Assembly: GCA_951406725.2 (NCBI GenBank)
Contig: OX597819.1
Location: 28,148,001-28,212,000, forward strand
DNA length: 64,000 bases
Source of the DNA: Octopus vulgaris
Lineage: Eukaryota
Reading direction: 5' to 3'
Shown here: piece after piece, positions 51,370 through 64,000 of the stretch
Numbering within the stretch: position 1 is the stretch's first letter
Layout of the letters: every line of letters starts with the position of its first letter
Translations under genes and position numbers: made by a program
Notes under the pieces: generated by a model
Database searches by the model: none
What the model was told of the DNA's origin: nothing
What the model saw: only the letters and a program-made list of their open reading frames with translations

Positions 51370-52250
51370 GTGGCACAAAACCAGCCAGCTCTGAAGAGTA
51401 GACACCATTGTATCAGTGGAAAAGGTAAAAGGATGAGACAGCACATCTGTGAAGTAGAGGTTAGAGAAAGTTGATGAATGATTTCATGAAGTTTACGATT
51501 TCTATGTGAATAATAGCAGCACTGTTCCAGATGAAGGAACAGTACACTTTTGCATTGCACCTGAGCTTATTATACGGTGAATATCTTTTTCTGGCTCTGA
51601 AAAGGAATGCCATTCTTTGTGATGCTGAGATGGCATATTCATCAGGAGAAATCCTCAGTGATGGTGAGACCAAGCATTTGTAGCAACCTTGAAGGTTCTG
51701 CTTCTGTTCCTGTCAAGTTTGTTGAAAGTGGGTGCTATGTTCTCTTCATGTGTAAAGATTGTCTCTTCACACTACTAAAGGAAACAAAGCGGAGATGAGC
51801 TCACTGGGAAATTTTTATGGTCACTGTTCATGGGGTCAGTGTAGATTTAGCACGAGGAGTCTAGGCTGCAGAAGATTAGGGAATAGAAAGTTTTAAATGC
51901 ATAGAAGAGAGTATTATTGGTAGTGCTGGCAAGGAGATTGGAGAGGATATAGTGAAAATCAGAGGAAGATCAGCACACACTGCAATAGTGTGGTCCGACA
52001 TGAATCCAAATGAGAAACAGAGAGAATCCACAAGCAGGCGTTTTTATTTAAAAGTTCTCATGCCAAACACAATTAAAAGCCTTGCAGATGTTGAATGAAG
52101 CAATACTTTTTACCAGTTTGTTGTTGAGAGCTCACTGGTGAATAACATGAAAATAGGTCTCCAGGAAATTTGGCTTTAAAAAAAATCATACTAGCGGTCA
52201 CTAAAAAGGGAGAAAGATTGAAAGTGTTGGAGGAGGTTGTTGTTAGAAGT
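51370..52250 (-). pseudogene. Highly decayed LINE (CR1/L2/Jockey group) remnant
   Basis: FLFRARKRYSP...YCSFIWNSAA, and DRxYDFFKAKFPGDL, which resembles QYGFR..RSTGD. Confidence 0.5.
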
Positions 52251-53705
52251 TGTTTTCACCACTTAGAAACACAGGAAGCGAGAAAACTGTGTTTGCAAGA
52301 GCATGTAATGCCTATCAAAGATATCAGTTGAACAAAGCAGTGTCAAGTGTTCCAATTGATGGAAGCTGTTGTAGAAGGAGACCAAGGAAGACACATGATA
52401 AAATAGCAAAGACTTCTCTCAAGAGACTGAATCTTGTGAAGGAGATGACAAGTGGCAACATGTAGCGCTTGAGAAGATCAACCCACCTAAACATGCATGG
52501 CAAAATGAACACTATTAAAATGTTGATGATGAATGTTAGGATGTGGATCTGTCTATATTTAACTCTCAGTTTATTGTCACTGTTTAATCACTCCACTTTT
52601 CTCCTATTATATTGCTTCTATAATGAGGGATAACACTGGACTGGCTCATATCCAATTTCTCACTTACCATCATCCTTTTTTTTTTACTAATAACCAGCAC
52701 ACTCTCTCACCTCCATTACTCCCTCTTCCACCACCAATTCCCTCCTTTCATTCACTCCCTCAACCACCATACCATTTGTGCTACCTTTCTTTTCAATTTC
52801 CTTACCAATGGGCCAGATGAGTCAGAGTCAGAAGTAATTATTAAATTGTTGGACTGGATTCAGTACAAATGTACCAGCCCTGGTTCCGGTCATTTTATTT
52901 CATCTCTATTCTATAGATATGTTTCTTTATTCAATTGGAAAAGCTAATGTTTTCTATCTTCATGATATAATTTTTATTTCATTTAATGTAATCTTTCATG
53001 TTACATTTATTTAAATTTTACATTAAGACAAGGCTTTAATCTCAAAAAGAGAAGGCTATGTATCAAAACATGTTTGTTTCTTTTAAATTAGTCATTTCTT
53101 AAGTTACTTTGAGTGTTCAGTGTTTTAGTTTCACCTTTGATGTACTTCAGAGTTTTGAAGTGATAAGCAAAGATATTCCTGATTTTCTTTTATAGCTTAT
53201 TTCTTTTATAATTTTATTACAACAAGAAGAGATGAAACTGGGAGTTCCAACTATAAAATAATGAGTCTAAGTCAAAGTTTTTAATGTACTGACTCCATGG
53301 CTCAGCTTACCAGCAACCATCTTGTTGTTGCTTATCAGTGATAAGTTATCACTGTCTTTTCCAATAGTGTATTCTCTATCACACCTACCTCTATTCCCTC
53401 GTACCACACTCTTGCTGTAGTCTGCACATTCCTATTCACTCTCTAGGATATACTTCCTTGAATAAACAGGCACAAATGTGGAGAAGAGAGAATATTTTAG
53501 TGTTGCTAAAGACAAGGCAATTTATCAAGTGCTGGCGCTATGATAAAATGCATTGCAAAGTGATTGTCAAACAAACAGGGAGCCTAGTCCAATTGCTTGC
53601 TTGCTGTATGTATGTATTCAATTATCACAAATGTGTTTTTGGTGCAAACTTGTAAACACAGGAAAGTCATTTCTACTGGGTTTTTCGGCATATATTATAA
53701 TAACC

Positions 53706-54021
53706 CTGGGCTGGCCAACCTGAGGCCCACAGGCTGCAAGCTTTTATCTTGTGGCCTGTTTGATGCTTTCTTGAAATAGGTTTATTTAAACATTTTTAAA
53801 ATTTTATAAAAATTAAAGATTACAATGAAAAGTAAAAAAAGAAAGATACTACTGTTTTTGCAATGATAATATTTTACATTGGATCAACAATTATTCACTC
53901 ATTATTGTAATAATAGCATGAGAAAGCAAAATGCTTTCAATTCTGTCAGTATACAAGCAGCCCTCAAAAAACTTTCTGCGATTAAAATGGTTCGCAATGT
54001 AATTCGAGTTGGCTAGGCCTG
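53706..54021. mobile_element. hAT-type MITE
   Basis: Imperfect TIRs CTGGGCTGGCCAAC / GTTGGCTAGGCCTG and an 8 bp TSD TAATAACC / TTATAACC. Confidence 0.7.
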
Positions 54022-54605
54022 TTATAACCCATAGTGGACAGACAAAATTGTTACACCAGTGGCCAAACTGCTTTGTAGAATTTTGTTACAATCTTTGTTT
54101 TGAGCTCAAATCCCAGCTAGACTGACATTACATTTCATCCTTCTAGGATGGATGAAATATGTTTTAGCTAAGTCTTGGAAATAGGAGTAATAGTATTGAC
54201 AGTTCTTTCCCTTAAAATACTCGGCCTTGTGCCTTTATAAGAATTCATTATTATAATTGGGTCATATTTAGCTCTAGACATGGTTCAAATGCATGATATG
54301 TGCTTCTTGTATAAACACACAAACGCCATCCATTCTGTCCATCAGAGAAAAACATGCACTTTTGAAAAGAACAGCTGATTGTGAGAAGCTTATGTGAACT
54401 ACACATTGGCTCTCTGACATTGTATGATATATAGAAACAAAAGAATTGCTCTGGTTCTTTGCTAACAGCACATCAAAGATGTGTATTAAGAAGACAATGA
54501 ATAACAAGAAACATCCAAAACTGGTTTCCTCATCAGTTCCTGGTGTTTCAATTATATTTTTTAATGAATATGGTGGAATTGACGGCTTTCCCATCCTGAT
54601 ATACT

Positions 54606-54998
54606 CTATTACTCTATTACTTGTTTCAGTCATTTGATTGCGGCCATGCTGGAGCACCGCCTTTAATCGAGCAACTCGACCCCGGGACTTATTCTTTTGT
54701 AAGCCCAGTACTTATTCTATCGGTCTCTTTTGCCGAACTGCTAAGTAACGGGGACATAAACACACCAGCATCGGCTGTCAAGCAATGCTAGGGGGACAAA
54801 CACAGACACACAAATATAGACACGCATACATATATATACATATATACGACGGGCTTCTTTCAGTTTCCGTCTACCAAATCCACTCACAAGGCTTTGGTCG
54901 GCCCGAGGCTATAGTAGAAGACACTTGCCCAAGGTGTCACGCAGTGGGAATGAACCCGGAACCATATGGTTGGTAAACAAGCTACTTACCACACAGCC
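54606..54998 (-). mobile_element. CORE-type SINE, well preserved
   Basis: Reverse-complement homolog of 2057-2455, with CpGs retained. Confidence 0.8.
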
Positions 54999-56558
54999 TA
55001 GTTAGTTGTAAGTTCCTGTTTGTTAGTATGTAAGCCCTATGTCAACAGAATTACTGAATCTGTATCCTGCATTTTACTAGTTTTTCATAAAAAATTTCAC
55101 TTCCTTTATTTAACGCCCCCCCCCCCCCCTTTACTGGGTATTTTAAAGATATGATGAAGTGGTCGTTATTGATCCGACAAACTCCTTATTCTAACACTAC
55201 ATTTACTGAATTAGTGAGGGTCAATATTATATATAAGAAGAGTTTTTTTTTTTCATTTAATAATAATAAAAAGGGGAAAAGAAAATGACCTCCAGCTTAT
55301 GCTAAATATGTAATGCAATTAATTAGTCGAGTTGTCAACGTTATCGTCTTTTTTAATGCATTTTCAGAAGAAACTGGAACATTAATGTAAACGATATAGA
55401 AGGGCAGAGATAAGGTTGTTTCTGACAGTATCAATCTCACTAATTAATTACTAAGTAGAACAATACGTTGTAAACAATGACATTTTAAAATGTCTGGCCT
55501 ATTAAAACGCTAAGAATATAAACAATACCATCACTTGACCCCAGCCCTAATATTATATAGAAATAGGATGGTTCACACAAGTTTTTTTTTTCTTGCTTCT
55601 TGTTACATAAGTCATTTGATTAAAACAAATCAACTGCTAAAATTATATCGCCGATAGATTAACTATATTTAATACAACTTTGTGTGTGTGTGTGTGTAAA
55701 TAATAATATTGTCCAGATATCAAAAATATTGAGCCGATGAATCCCTACTAAACTGAATTTAAAAACATAATAGTCGATTTGTTTGTCAGTTATGTGTGTG
55801 TAAATGAAACCACTTCCAGATGTCGGCACTGTTACGATGGGTGGGTTCGATTATATGGACATTCGACTATTATTTCTCGAAAATATCTCGTGAGGTAAAA
55901 TAATAACCATTAAAGTTTGAGAAAATAAATGGTACCTTATACTTCAGATCACCTAAATAAGGTTTCTTTTTACACCTCCCATTGCATAAAATAATAGCTG
56001 TTCAACTTAAAATAACACAAGATTAGCGATTTTGGAGGGAGGAGGTTCGTTGATTACTATAATTTCAGTGCTCGATTGGCACCTATTTTATCGATCTCTA
56101 AAATATCAAAAAGTTGAGTCATCGGCGGAATTTGAACATAGAACATAAACAGCCGGAAGAAATTCCACTATTGTTTAGGTGCATGTTACTGCATATCACC
56201 GAATCGAGAAACAACTGATGTAATGATAAATAATATATACTGGACAAAAACTTTTGTCAAAATAATATGTCTGTCGTAATATTTGTAAAGTTAACAAGTA
56301 TGGATTTACAATTAAAATGTTTAGCTGTTTTCATAAAATTTTGTTCAGTCCTGACCGGATTTCAGATTAGTTTTATACTTCTCATTTTAAAAACATGTTT
56401 ATGACAAATGTACGAACCTGTCAAATAGGGGTAATTTTTCGATTCCTAGAAATAATCAATGTATCAGAATCTATTTAGTCATTTAAGGTGAGACCAACTG
56501 AAAGAATAAACACGTAAAATTAGGTAATAAAAACAGGTAAAATGAGGTAATAACTCAC

Positions 56559-56786
56559 TTCAGCAGTGGCAATTCCCATCTGTTCAGAATCATAAATGGA
56601 TGCTAAAGCATTCCGAGTACTTTCAAGTTGTCTAATTTCTGATTCTTCTATCTTCGATAACAGCTGGTGTGGGTTTTCATCATCGTCATATCCAAACTGG
56701 TTTCTGTTTGGGTGCCTGGAACCTTTTAAAAACTCTGCATCGAGTTCATCATCCACGAAAAACGGATTCGATTTATTGGCCATCAT
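56559..56786 (-). CDS. SNAP29: SNAP29 coding exon 1
   Basis: MMANKSNPFFVDD contains the N-terminal NPF motif typical of SNAP29, followed by the Qb SNARE start ESTRNALASIYDSEQMGIATAE. GTGAGT donor, phase 0. Confidence 0.95.
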
Positions 56787-56989
56787 TTAAGAAATAACAA
56801 CTTGCCAATATCGACTTGTTGACATCACCGTTTCTTTACTCACATTTATAGAGAATATCTGTTGTTATCTCCCTTTAACAGAATTAAAATTTTTTTTTTA
56901 TTTTACTTGTCCCAATAAATACTCTTATGTAATTTATTTTGGTTTTTTGCAAATATTCATCCGGTTGTTGATAAGAGAGTAAGTACAAT

Positions 56990-57428
56990 GGATCTTTTCG
57001 GTTTGAACGACAGTTTTTAACATAATTTCTAGGAAACTAAAAAATTTTAAACTTCGTATACTGGTAGAATGTGTTTATAAAACATCTTTTTTTCTTGGCT
57101 TTATTGAGAAAATTCTATAGTTTGTAAGATATTTGTTGTTTTTTTCCTTCAATTTCTGCAATTTCAACCAATCACTGACGTCTATTGAGGTAAAAAAAAA
57201 ACATTCTGTGCCGTATGAATATGTCCCTCGTTTAAGAAACAGATTGGGTTTATTTACATTTGTGAAGAAAAAAAGATACCCTTCCCCCACCCCTAACCCT
57301 AACTAACCCTAACTAACCCTAACCCTAAAACAGATTGAAATGCAATAGATCGATACTAGGGTCATAATTATGGGTGACAATTTCATATGACACCGCTAGA
57401 AAAACTGCCGTTCAAACCGAAAAGATCC
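56990..57428 (+). mobile_element. MITE with GGATCTTTTCGGTTTGAA TIRs and internal CCCTAA repeats
   Basis: Terminal inverted repeats are visible at both ends. A second copy lies in inverted orientation at 61911-62307. Confidence 0.85.
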
Positions 57429-57959
57429 AATAATTATACGGGCTATGTGTGTGCGGAAGGTTGGAAAGTAACACACGAATTGATATTTATAACGAAAATA
57501 GGTAGTAGCAGGTCTGAAGGAATATTTAATATTCCTTCAGACACTACCTATTTGCTGAACCTTCACAAAGGTAAAAAAGGGAGAGAAACAGAAAAAAGGA
57601 AAATGTCCCATGTATTTGAAAAACATGGAAATATTTTTAAAATATTTAATTATTTAATTTAATTTTTCCACAATTCAATTGTTTTTCATGCAGACTGAAA
57701 CCGGCACTAAAATATTCTTCATGATAAAATCATTTTAACATTTTCTACCTTGTCCTATTTTCCTTCCTCATCATCATCATCATTTAACGTCCCTTTTCCA
57801 TGTTGGTATGGGTTGGACGGTGTGACTGAGGTCTGGAGAACAAGCGGCTGCATCAGGCTCCAATCTGATCTGGCAATGTTTCTACATCTGGATGCCCTCC
57901 CTAATGCCAACCACTTCAAGAATGTAGTAGGTGCTATTTATGTGGCCAGTTACAAGCAG

Positions 57960-60570
57960 TTGATCTTTTTGCGCAGGCCTGCCTGCGTACTGTGGACTGG
58001 TTTGATTTTTCCAAGTGTCCCCAACATCTGAACATCTCCCCAGCCGAACTCTCGGCCCTTCAATGTCTCTGACGCTGCACGGACATCATCATAAAACCAC
58101 CAGCTGACAATGGTAGAGCTGTGGTGGTGTGACGTGCAGACGTCTACAAAGTGGAAGCTCTCCGCCAACTTCAAGACACCACCTTCTACTGCCCTCTGCC
58201 CTCCAACCCCACACTCAGTTACCAACAGATTGTGTCCTCTACTATCCATGACCTCATCTCCTCCTCCCGTCTCTTCCCCACCGCCTCTAACCTCATTGTC
58301 CGCACCCCTCACACTCCCACAATTTACTTCCTCCCCAAAGTCCACAAACCTAACAATCCTGGTGGCCCCATCGTCTCCGCCTGCAACTGCCCCCCCCCCC
58401 CCCAAACTCATCTCCAGATATCGTGACCATGTCCTTGCCCCTCCTAGTGGCTTCTCTCCTCTCTCACATCCATGACACCAACCATGCTCTTCATTTGTTC
58501 AACTCTTTCTCCACCCCTCTTGGACCCTCTAAACTTCTCTTCACTCTTGACATCAAGCGTCGATACATGGTGATCCCTGACCACAAGGGGCTGCATGCAC
58601 TCCAACATTTCCTTGACCTTTGAACCAACCACCAGCCTGACACATCCACACTCTTTCGTCTGGCCGAACTTGTCCTCTCAATTGACTGTTTCACATTCAT
58701 GGCATTTTTACCAGCTGGTCTCGGGAGTGGCCATGAGAACGAGAATAGGCCCCAACTATGCAAACCTGTTCGTTGGCTACGTTGAGGCCCAAACATTTTA
58801 AAGTTTCATTGGTCCCACTCCTGAACTATACGGTCGTTATATTGACGACTGTATCGGTGCGATCTCACTCTCCTGTGAACATTTAGACTCTTTCCTCTCT
58901 TTTGTCAAATCTTTCCATTCTGCCCTCCACTTCTTCTGCGCTATTTCTGACACCTCAGTTGCTTTTCTCAACATTTTGGTCAGCATTCATCACTCCACTC
59001 TCACCACTTCCATCCACTACAAACACACAGACTCACACTCATACCTCAAATTCTCTTCCTCCCACCCTAAATACACCAAGCTCTCCTTCCCCTATTCTAA
59101 ATTCCTCCGTCTACACAGGCTCTGCAGTGACAACCATGACTTTGAGACTCAGTCTCAATTTATGGCTCACCACTTCATCCTATGTGGATATCCCCTTACC
59201 ACTATCCACACCGCCCTTACCAGAGCACATTCCATGGACTGTGCATCTGCTCTCTCCTCCCACACCTACCCAGCTGTCACCCATCTTCCGTTTCCCCTCA
59301 CCTACCACCCTACCTCTCCAATGCACCATTCTCCGAGCCTTCCAACAACTCCAGTCTGATCCCTTCACTTCGCACATCTCTCCTAACCGACCCCTCCCCT
59401 CCTTCAAACAAGCCCCCAACCTACAAGACCTCTTGGTCCACAGCTTCTTCCCTAACCCAACCTCCCAGTGCAGCTCATTACCCTGCTCCCACCCCTGCTG
59501 CTGCACTTGCCCTTACCTCTCCATCACCACCCTCCTCACAGGCACCCATCATCGACCCTATCATATCACTGACTCCTTCACCTGCACTTCTAGCAACTTC
59601 CTCTACTGCATCTCCTGCACTCTCTGTCCTTCTCTATACATTGGTCAAACGGGATGCCGCTTGGCTGACCAATTCGCGGAACACCTCCAAGGCATTCAAC
59701 TCAGCAACGACATCCCAGTCTCATGTGATTTCTGTTCTACTGGTCATTCTATACAACACCTATCTGTGTTCAGACTGTCGTTGCACAGGGACCATCCAGA
59801 CTCCTGTCTTCGCTGTGAGCAAGGATTAATCTTCTCTCTTCACTCCTTTGTGTCACATGGGCTCAACTCTCCTCTCCTCTTCTTCTAACTCTCCTCCTCT
59901 CTTCCTCTCACACCTACTTCCTCCCACCCACCTCTTGCTCTGGCACCTACTTCCTCTCTTCACTCCTACCCACCTTCTCTCTTCCACCCTCTCTCTTCAT
60001 CGTCACCTCCTCCCTCATTATTCCACCCCTACACATTATAACCCCACCATCCCTATAATACCATCACACTCCACCCCATCCCTTAGGCCCCCACCCTAGC
60101 TCCCCCATTCTCACCTCCCCCACACCCCAACACCACCATACCATACCACACCACACCACATCACACCACCCCACACACAACCACTTCCCAGCACCTACAC
60201 CATCATCCACACACCTACACATGCACACACACACACACGTCAATGTCACCATCCCCCTTCCACATGCACATACACACTCACATCCACACACGTGTGCCTT
60301 CATTTTGAGATCACCGCTACTTTATTATCTCCACTACTTTATTATCTCCCCTTCTTCCTAGCTCTCCTGTGTGACCTCTCTGTCCGGCATTCGCCATGGT
60401 AGATCGGTAGCCACTAAACCTTTTTCTATTTTCTCTCCCTGTTTATTTCTGTGTTCTTTTCTGTCAAAGGGCATAGGCTCGAAATGTAAAAGACTTTCTC
60501 ACTTCCCAAGCGTTAAACTAATACATCTGTTGTTTACACACTCATCTTTGCTTTTTCTTTTTTGTCTCGG
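57960..60570 (+). mobile_element. Decayed Penelope-like element (RT plus GIY-YIG endonuclease)
   Basis: YFLPKVHKPNNPGGPIVS, GVAMRTRIGPNYANLFVG, YGRYIDD, YKHTDSHSYLKFSSSHP and NFLYCISCTLCPSLYIGQTG, with frameshifts and stops. Confidence 0.9.
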
Positions 60571-61135
60571 TCACTAGTCATTGCCTTCACCAAGGCCTCG
60601 CCTGGCATGTAAAAAGCACCCACTACACTCATGGAGTGGTTGGCGTTAGGAAGGGCATCCAGCTGTAGAAACACTGCCAGATCAAACGAGCCTGGTGCAG
60701 CTTTCTGGCTTCCCAGATCCCGGTCGAACCGTCCAACCCATGCTAGCATGGCGAATGGACGTCAAACGATGATGATGATGATGATATATATATATATATA
60801 TATATATAAACACACATACACACTCAAAGACATCTATCTATGTACATGTTCATACTCGTCCACACATACAGAAATACTCATGAAAGTAAATTTAAATTTA
60901 CTTTCTTTATATGTTGGAGCATGTGCTGTTGTTGCCAGTTACTGCATTCACCATTTGTTGGTATATTCCTGGGTCCTATGACTAAATTGTCTTTTAAGCA
61001 ATTGAAATTAGTAATATATTTTGATAACAGTATAAATAATTTCTTGCTTTCGTCCATAGTAATGTTCTTAAAATATTTTCCTGTTTTTGTTTTTAACCTA
61101 AATTTATTTCTGGGAAAACCCTATTAACCTCTGCA

Positions 61136-61695
61136 ACACACACACACACACACACACACACTCTCTCTCTCTCTCTCACTCACTCACTTACTCACTCACT
61201 CACACACACATACACACACACACACACTCTCTCACTCACTCACATACACACACACACTCTCACTCACACACACACACACACACACACACTCACTCACACA
61301 TACACACACACACTCACTCACTCACTCACACACACACACAGTCTCACCCACTCACACACACACACACACAGTCTCACCCACTCACACACACACACACACA
61401 CACACACTCTCTCTCTCACTCACTCACTCACTCACTCACACACACATACACACACACACACTCTCTCTCACTCACTCACTCACTCACTCACACACACACA
61501 CACACACACTCTCTCACTCACTCACTCACTCACTCACTCACACACACACTCTCACTCACTCACACACACACACACAGAGTCTCACCCACTCACACACACA
61601 CACTCTCACCCACTCACACACACACTCTATCACTCACTCACACACACACACACACACATACTCACTCACTCACTCACACACACACATACACACAC
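61136..61695. repeat. Long compound (CA)n/(CT)n/(CACT)n microsatellite
   Basis: Directly visible. Confidence 0.97.
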
Positions 61696-61910
61696 GTTAC
61701 ACTTTCCTTATATACTCACAGCACCAGGATGCTTCACATGATTATGTGTTACCAATGGTTGGATTTCTTATCCAACCAATGACTCTATTCAGAAACTGTG
61801 ATGCTTTCTGCTACTTGTATGATTTGGGAGTGCCAACTCAGACTCTCTGTCCATGCTGCTTGATTTTCTGAGTTAGACTTTGCTTATGTTCTCTTCACTG
61901 AAGATCTGGT

Positions 61911-62307
61911 GGATCTTTTCGGTTTGAATGGCAGTTTTTTCTAGCGGTGTCAAATGAAATTGTCACCCATAATTATGACCCTAGTGTCAATCTATTGCAT
62001 TTCAATCTATTTTAGGCTCAGGGTTAGGGTTAGGGGTGGGGGGAAGGGTATCTTTTTTTCTTCACAAATGTAAATAAACCCAATCTGTCTGAGGGACATA
62101 TTCATATGGCATAGACGGTCATTGATTGGTTAAAATTACCGAAATGCAAGAAATTAAAGACAAAATATGTTACAAACTACAGAATTTTCTCAAGAAAGCC
62201 AAGAGAAAATGATGTTTTATAAACACATTCTACCAGTATATGAAGTTTAAAATTTTATAGTTACCTAGAAATTATGTTAAAAATTGCCATTCAAACCGAA
62301 AAGATCC
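61911..62307 (-). mobile_element. MITE, inverted copy of 56990-57428
   Basis: Same TIRs; the internal sequence is the reverse complement, with small deletions. Confidence 0.85.
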
Positions 62308-63117
62308 CGTATAATTAAAAAGCTTTAGATGAAGTTACTATTCAGACCATAAAATGTACATTTACTGAGTCTAAAGCTGATGATGTATATGTTATGAAGA
62401 AATGACTGTGTTCACTTTGCAACATGTAGCCCAGTTTCAATTTCACTGCATGGCACCATGGGCCATGTATTTTGTCATAGCCTCAGATTAACTAAAACTT
62501 TGTGATTAATGTCTCTATTTGGTAGATAAACATTGTACAGAGGATCATTGTATACATATACATACATCATGAATGTATGATTAAAAAGGTCACTTCACAG
62601 CTATATAGTTTCAGGTTCAGTCCTACAGCATTGTACATTAGGCAGTAGACTTTTACTAGAGCCTTAGTTGACTAATGTCTTGTGAGGAAAATTTGGCAGA
62701 TAGAAACTGTAGGTAAACCTGTCATATATATTTGTTCATGTGTGCAAATATAGGGATGTATTCGTCTTTGTGCATTGGTGCCACTTGGACAGCAGTGACA
62801 TTTGTTAAAATCTCATGGGTCAGCTGAACAAATTACAGATGCAATGGGCAAAGATATAAATACTGATATATTTAGAGATGTTGTTACAAATGGGATGATG
62901 TCAAGCTAAAGTTGTTGAAAATAAAATGTAGATTCAGGTCAACCTGATTAGTCAGGCTTTAAAATTAGGATTACTAATAAAAGGGTAATGGATTACAATT
63001 TTTACTAAAAGTTTCTAAAATTAGCATTAAAGTAAACTAAGATACAGAGGATTAGAATAAATTTGCAGAGTAATGTGTTATACCAAAACAATTATGATGA
63101 AGTGTATGTATGTATGG

Positions 63118-63492
63118 AAGCACTCCGTCGGTTACGACGACGAGGTTTCGGTTGATCCGAATCAACGGAACAGCCTGCTCGTGAAATTAACGTGTAAGTG
63201 GCTGAGCACTCCACAGACATGTGTACCCTTAACGTAGTTCTCGGGGATATTCAGCATGACACAGAGAGTGACAAGGCCGGCCCTTTGAAATACAGGTACA
63301 ACAGAAACAGGAAGTAAGAGTGAAAGTTGTGGTGAAAGAGTACAGCAGGGATCACCACCATCCCCTGCCGGAACCTCGTGGAGCTTTAGGTGTTTTCGCT
63401 CAATAAACACTCACAACGCCCGATCTGGGAATCGAAACCACGATCCTATGACCGCGAGTCCGCTGCCCTAACCACTGGGCCATTGCACCTCC
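63118..63492 (-). mobile_element. tRNA-derived SINE
   Basis: Near-identical to 43676-44055. Confidence 0.85.
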
Positions 63493-64000
63493 GTATGTAT
63501 GTATGTTACCCTAGTCATTGTGGTCGGTATTGCTTTTCTTGATGTTGCCATTTTCTTCTATATATTTTCTATCATTCCTATAAGTCAAACTGGAAGTATA
63601 CACTTACATAGAAATGGAAGTGTCTATGTGCAGAAATGTGTTTAACTGTATGTGCAAGTGTATAGTAGGAGCCAACAGAATTGAAGTATTTTAATAAGAA
63701 GGACACCAAAGCATGCCTGTGTATCTACTGTGTATGGACACTCATGTAATTACTAGAGTATATGTGAATTTGTTCTTCCAGTTACACATACATCCCCAAA
63801 TACAGACCAAAACACTCAATGTATACATAAAATCACACAAGAGTACTCTGGCATGCAGTCCACGGTCCACCCACTGTGGGCTCTAAATCCAGCACAGGGA
63901 AGGTTCCAAATGTGATGTAGTATAGATAATAACACAAATGGCCTGAGATTAACTACAGTTGTTTCAGATAGGTTTTTTATCGATGAACAAATAGATTACA

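Noticed and set aside
57285-57330. Telomere or chromosome fusion scar
   Set aside because: Only a few imperfect units, located inside a TIR element that is present twice.
57440-57580. First non-coding exon of a gene divergent from SNAP29
   Set aside because: GCGGAAG and AAG/GTAAAA are suggestive, but no downstream coding exon was found in the window.
58902-59888. 328 aa ORF as a host protein
   Set aside because: It is a frameshifted mosaic of the Penelope-like element; only its C-terminal part is in the GIY-YIG frame.

Overview
This is AT-rich, repeat-dense animal genomic DNA. The SINE and LINE repertoire suggests an octopus or other coleoid cephalopod; that is an inference from repeat families, not proven. 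Two spliced genes lie head-to-tail on the minus strand. SNAP29 is complete, with 3 coding exons (56786->45556, about 265 aa). ADAT3, the non-catalytic subunit of the tRNA A34 deaminase, is present only as its 5' part (4 coding exons, 34686->23990) and continues off the left edge. The left 24 kb, probably ADAT3 intron 4, is dominated by a recent tandem array of a ~3.49 kb unit containing SINEs and a decayed RTE LINE. Its architecture is A-B-B-B-B-B'-A-B, and its SNP mosaic suggests an amplified or circular unit inserted into an older duplicate. Other elements include Helitrons, several MITE families, an internally deleted L1/Tx1 LINE, RTE-BovB 3' ends with triple C2H2 fingers, a Penelope-like element, many tRNA-derived SINEs and microsatellites. 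No CRISPR array, rRNA gene or intact tRNA gene was seen. All alignments were done by eye, so repeat boundaries are approximate unless termini or TSDs are quoted.
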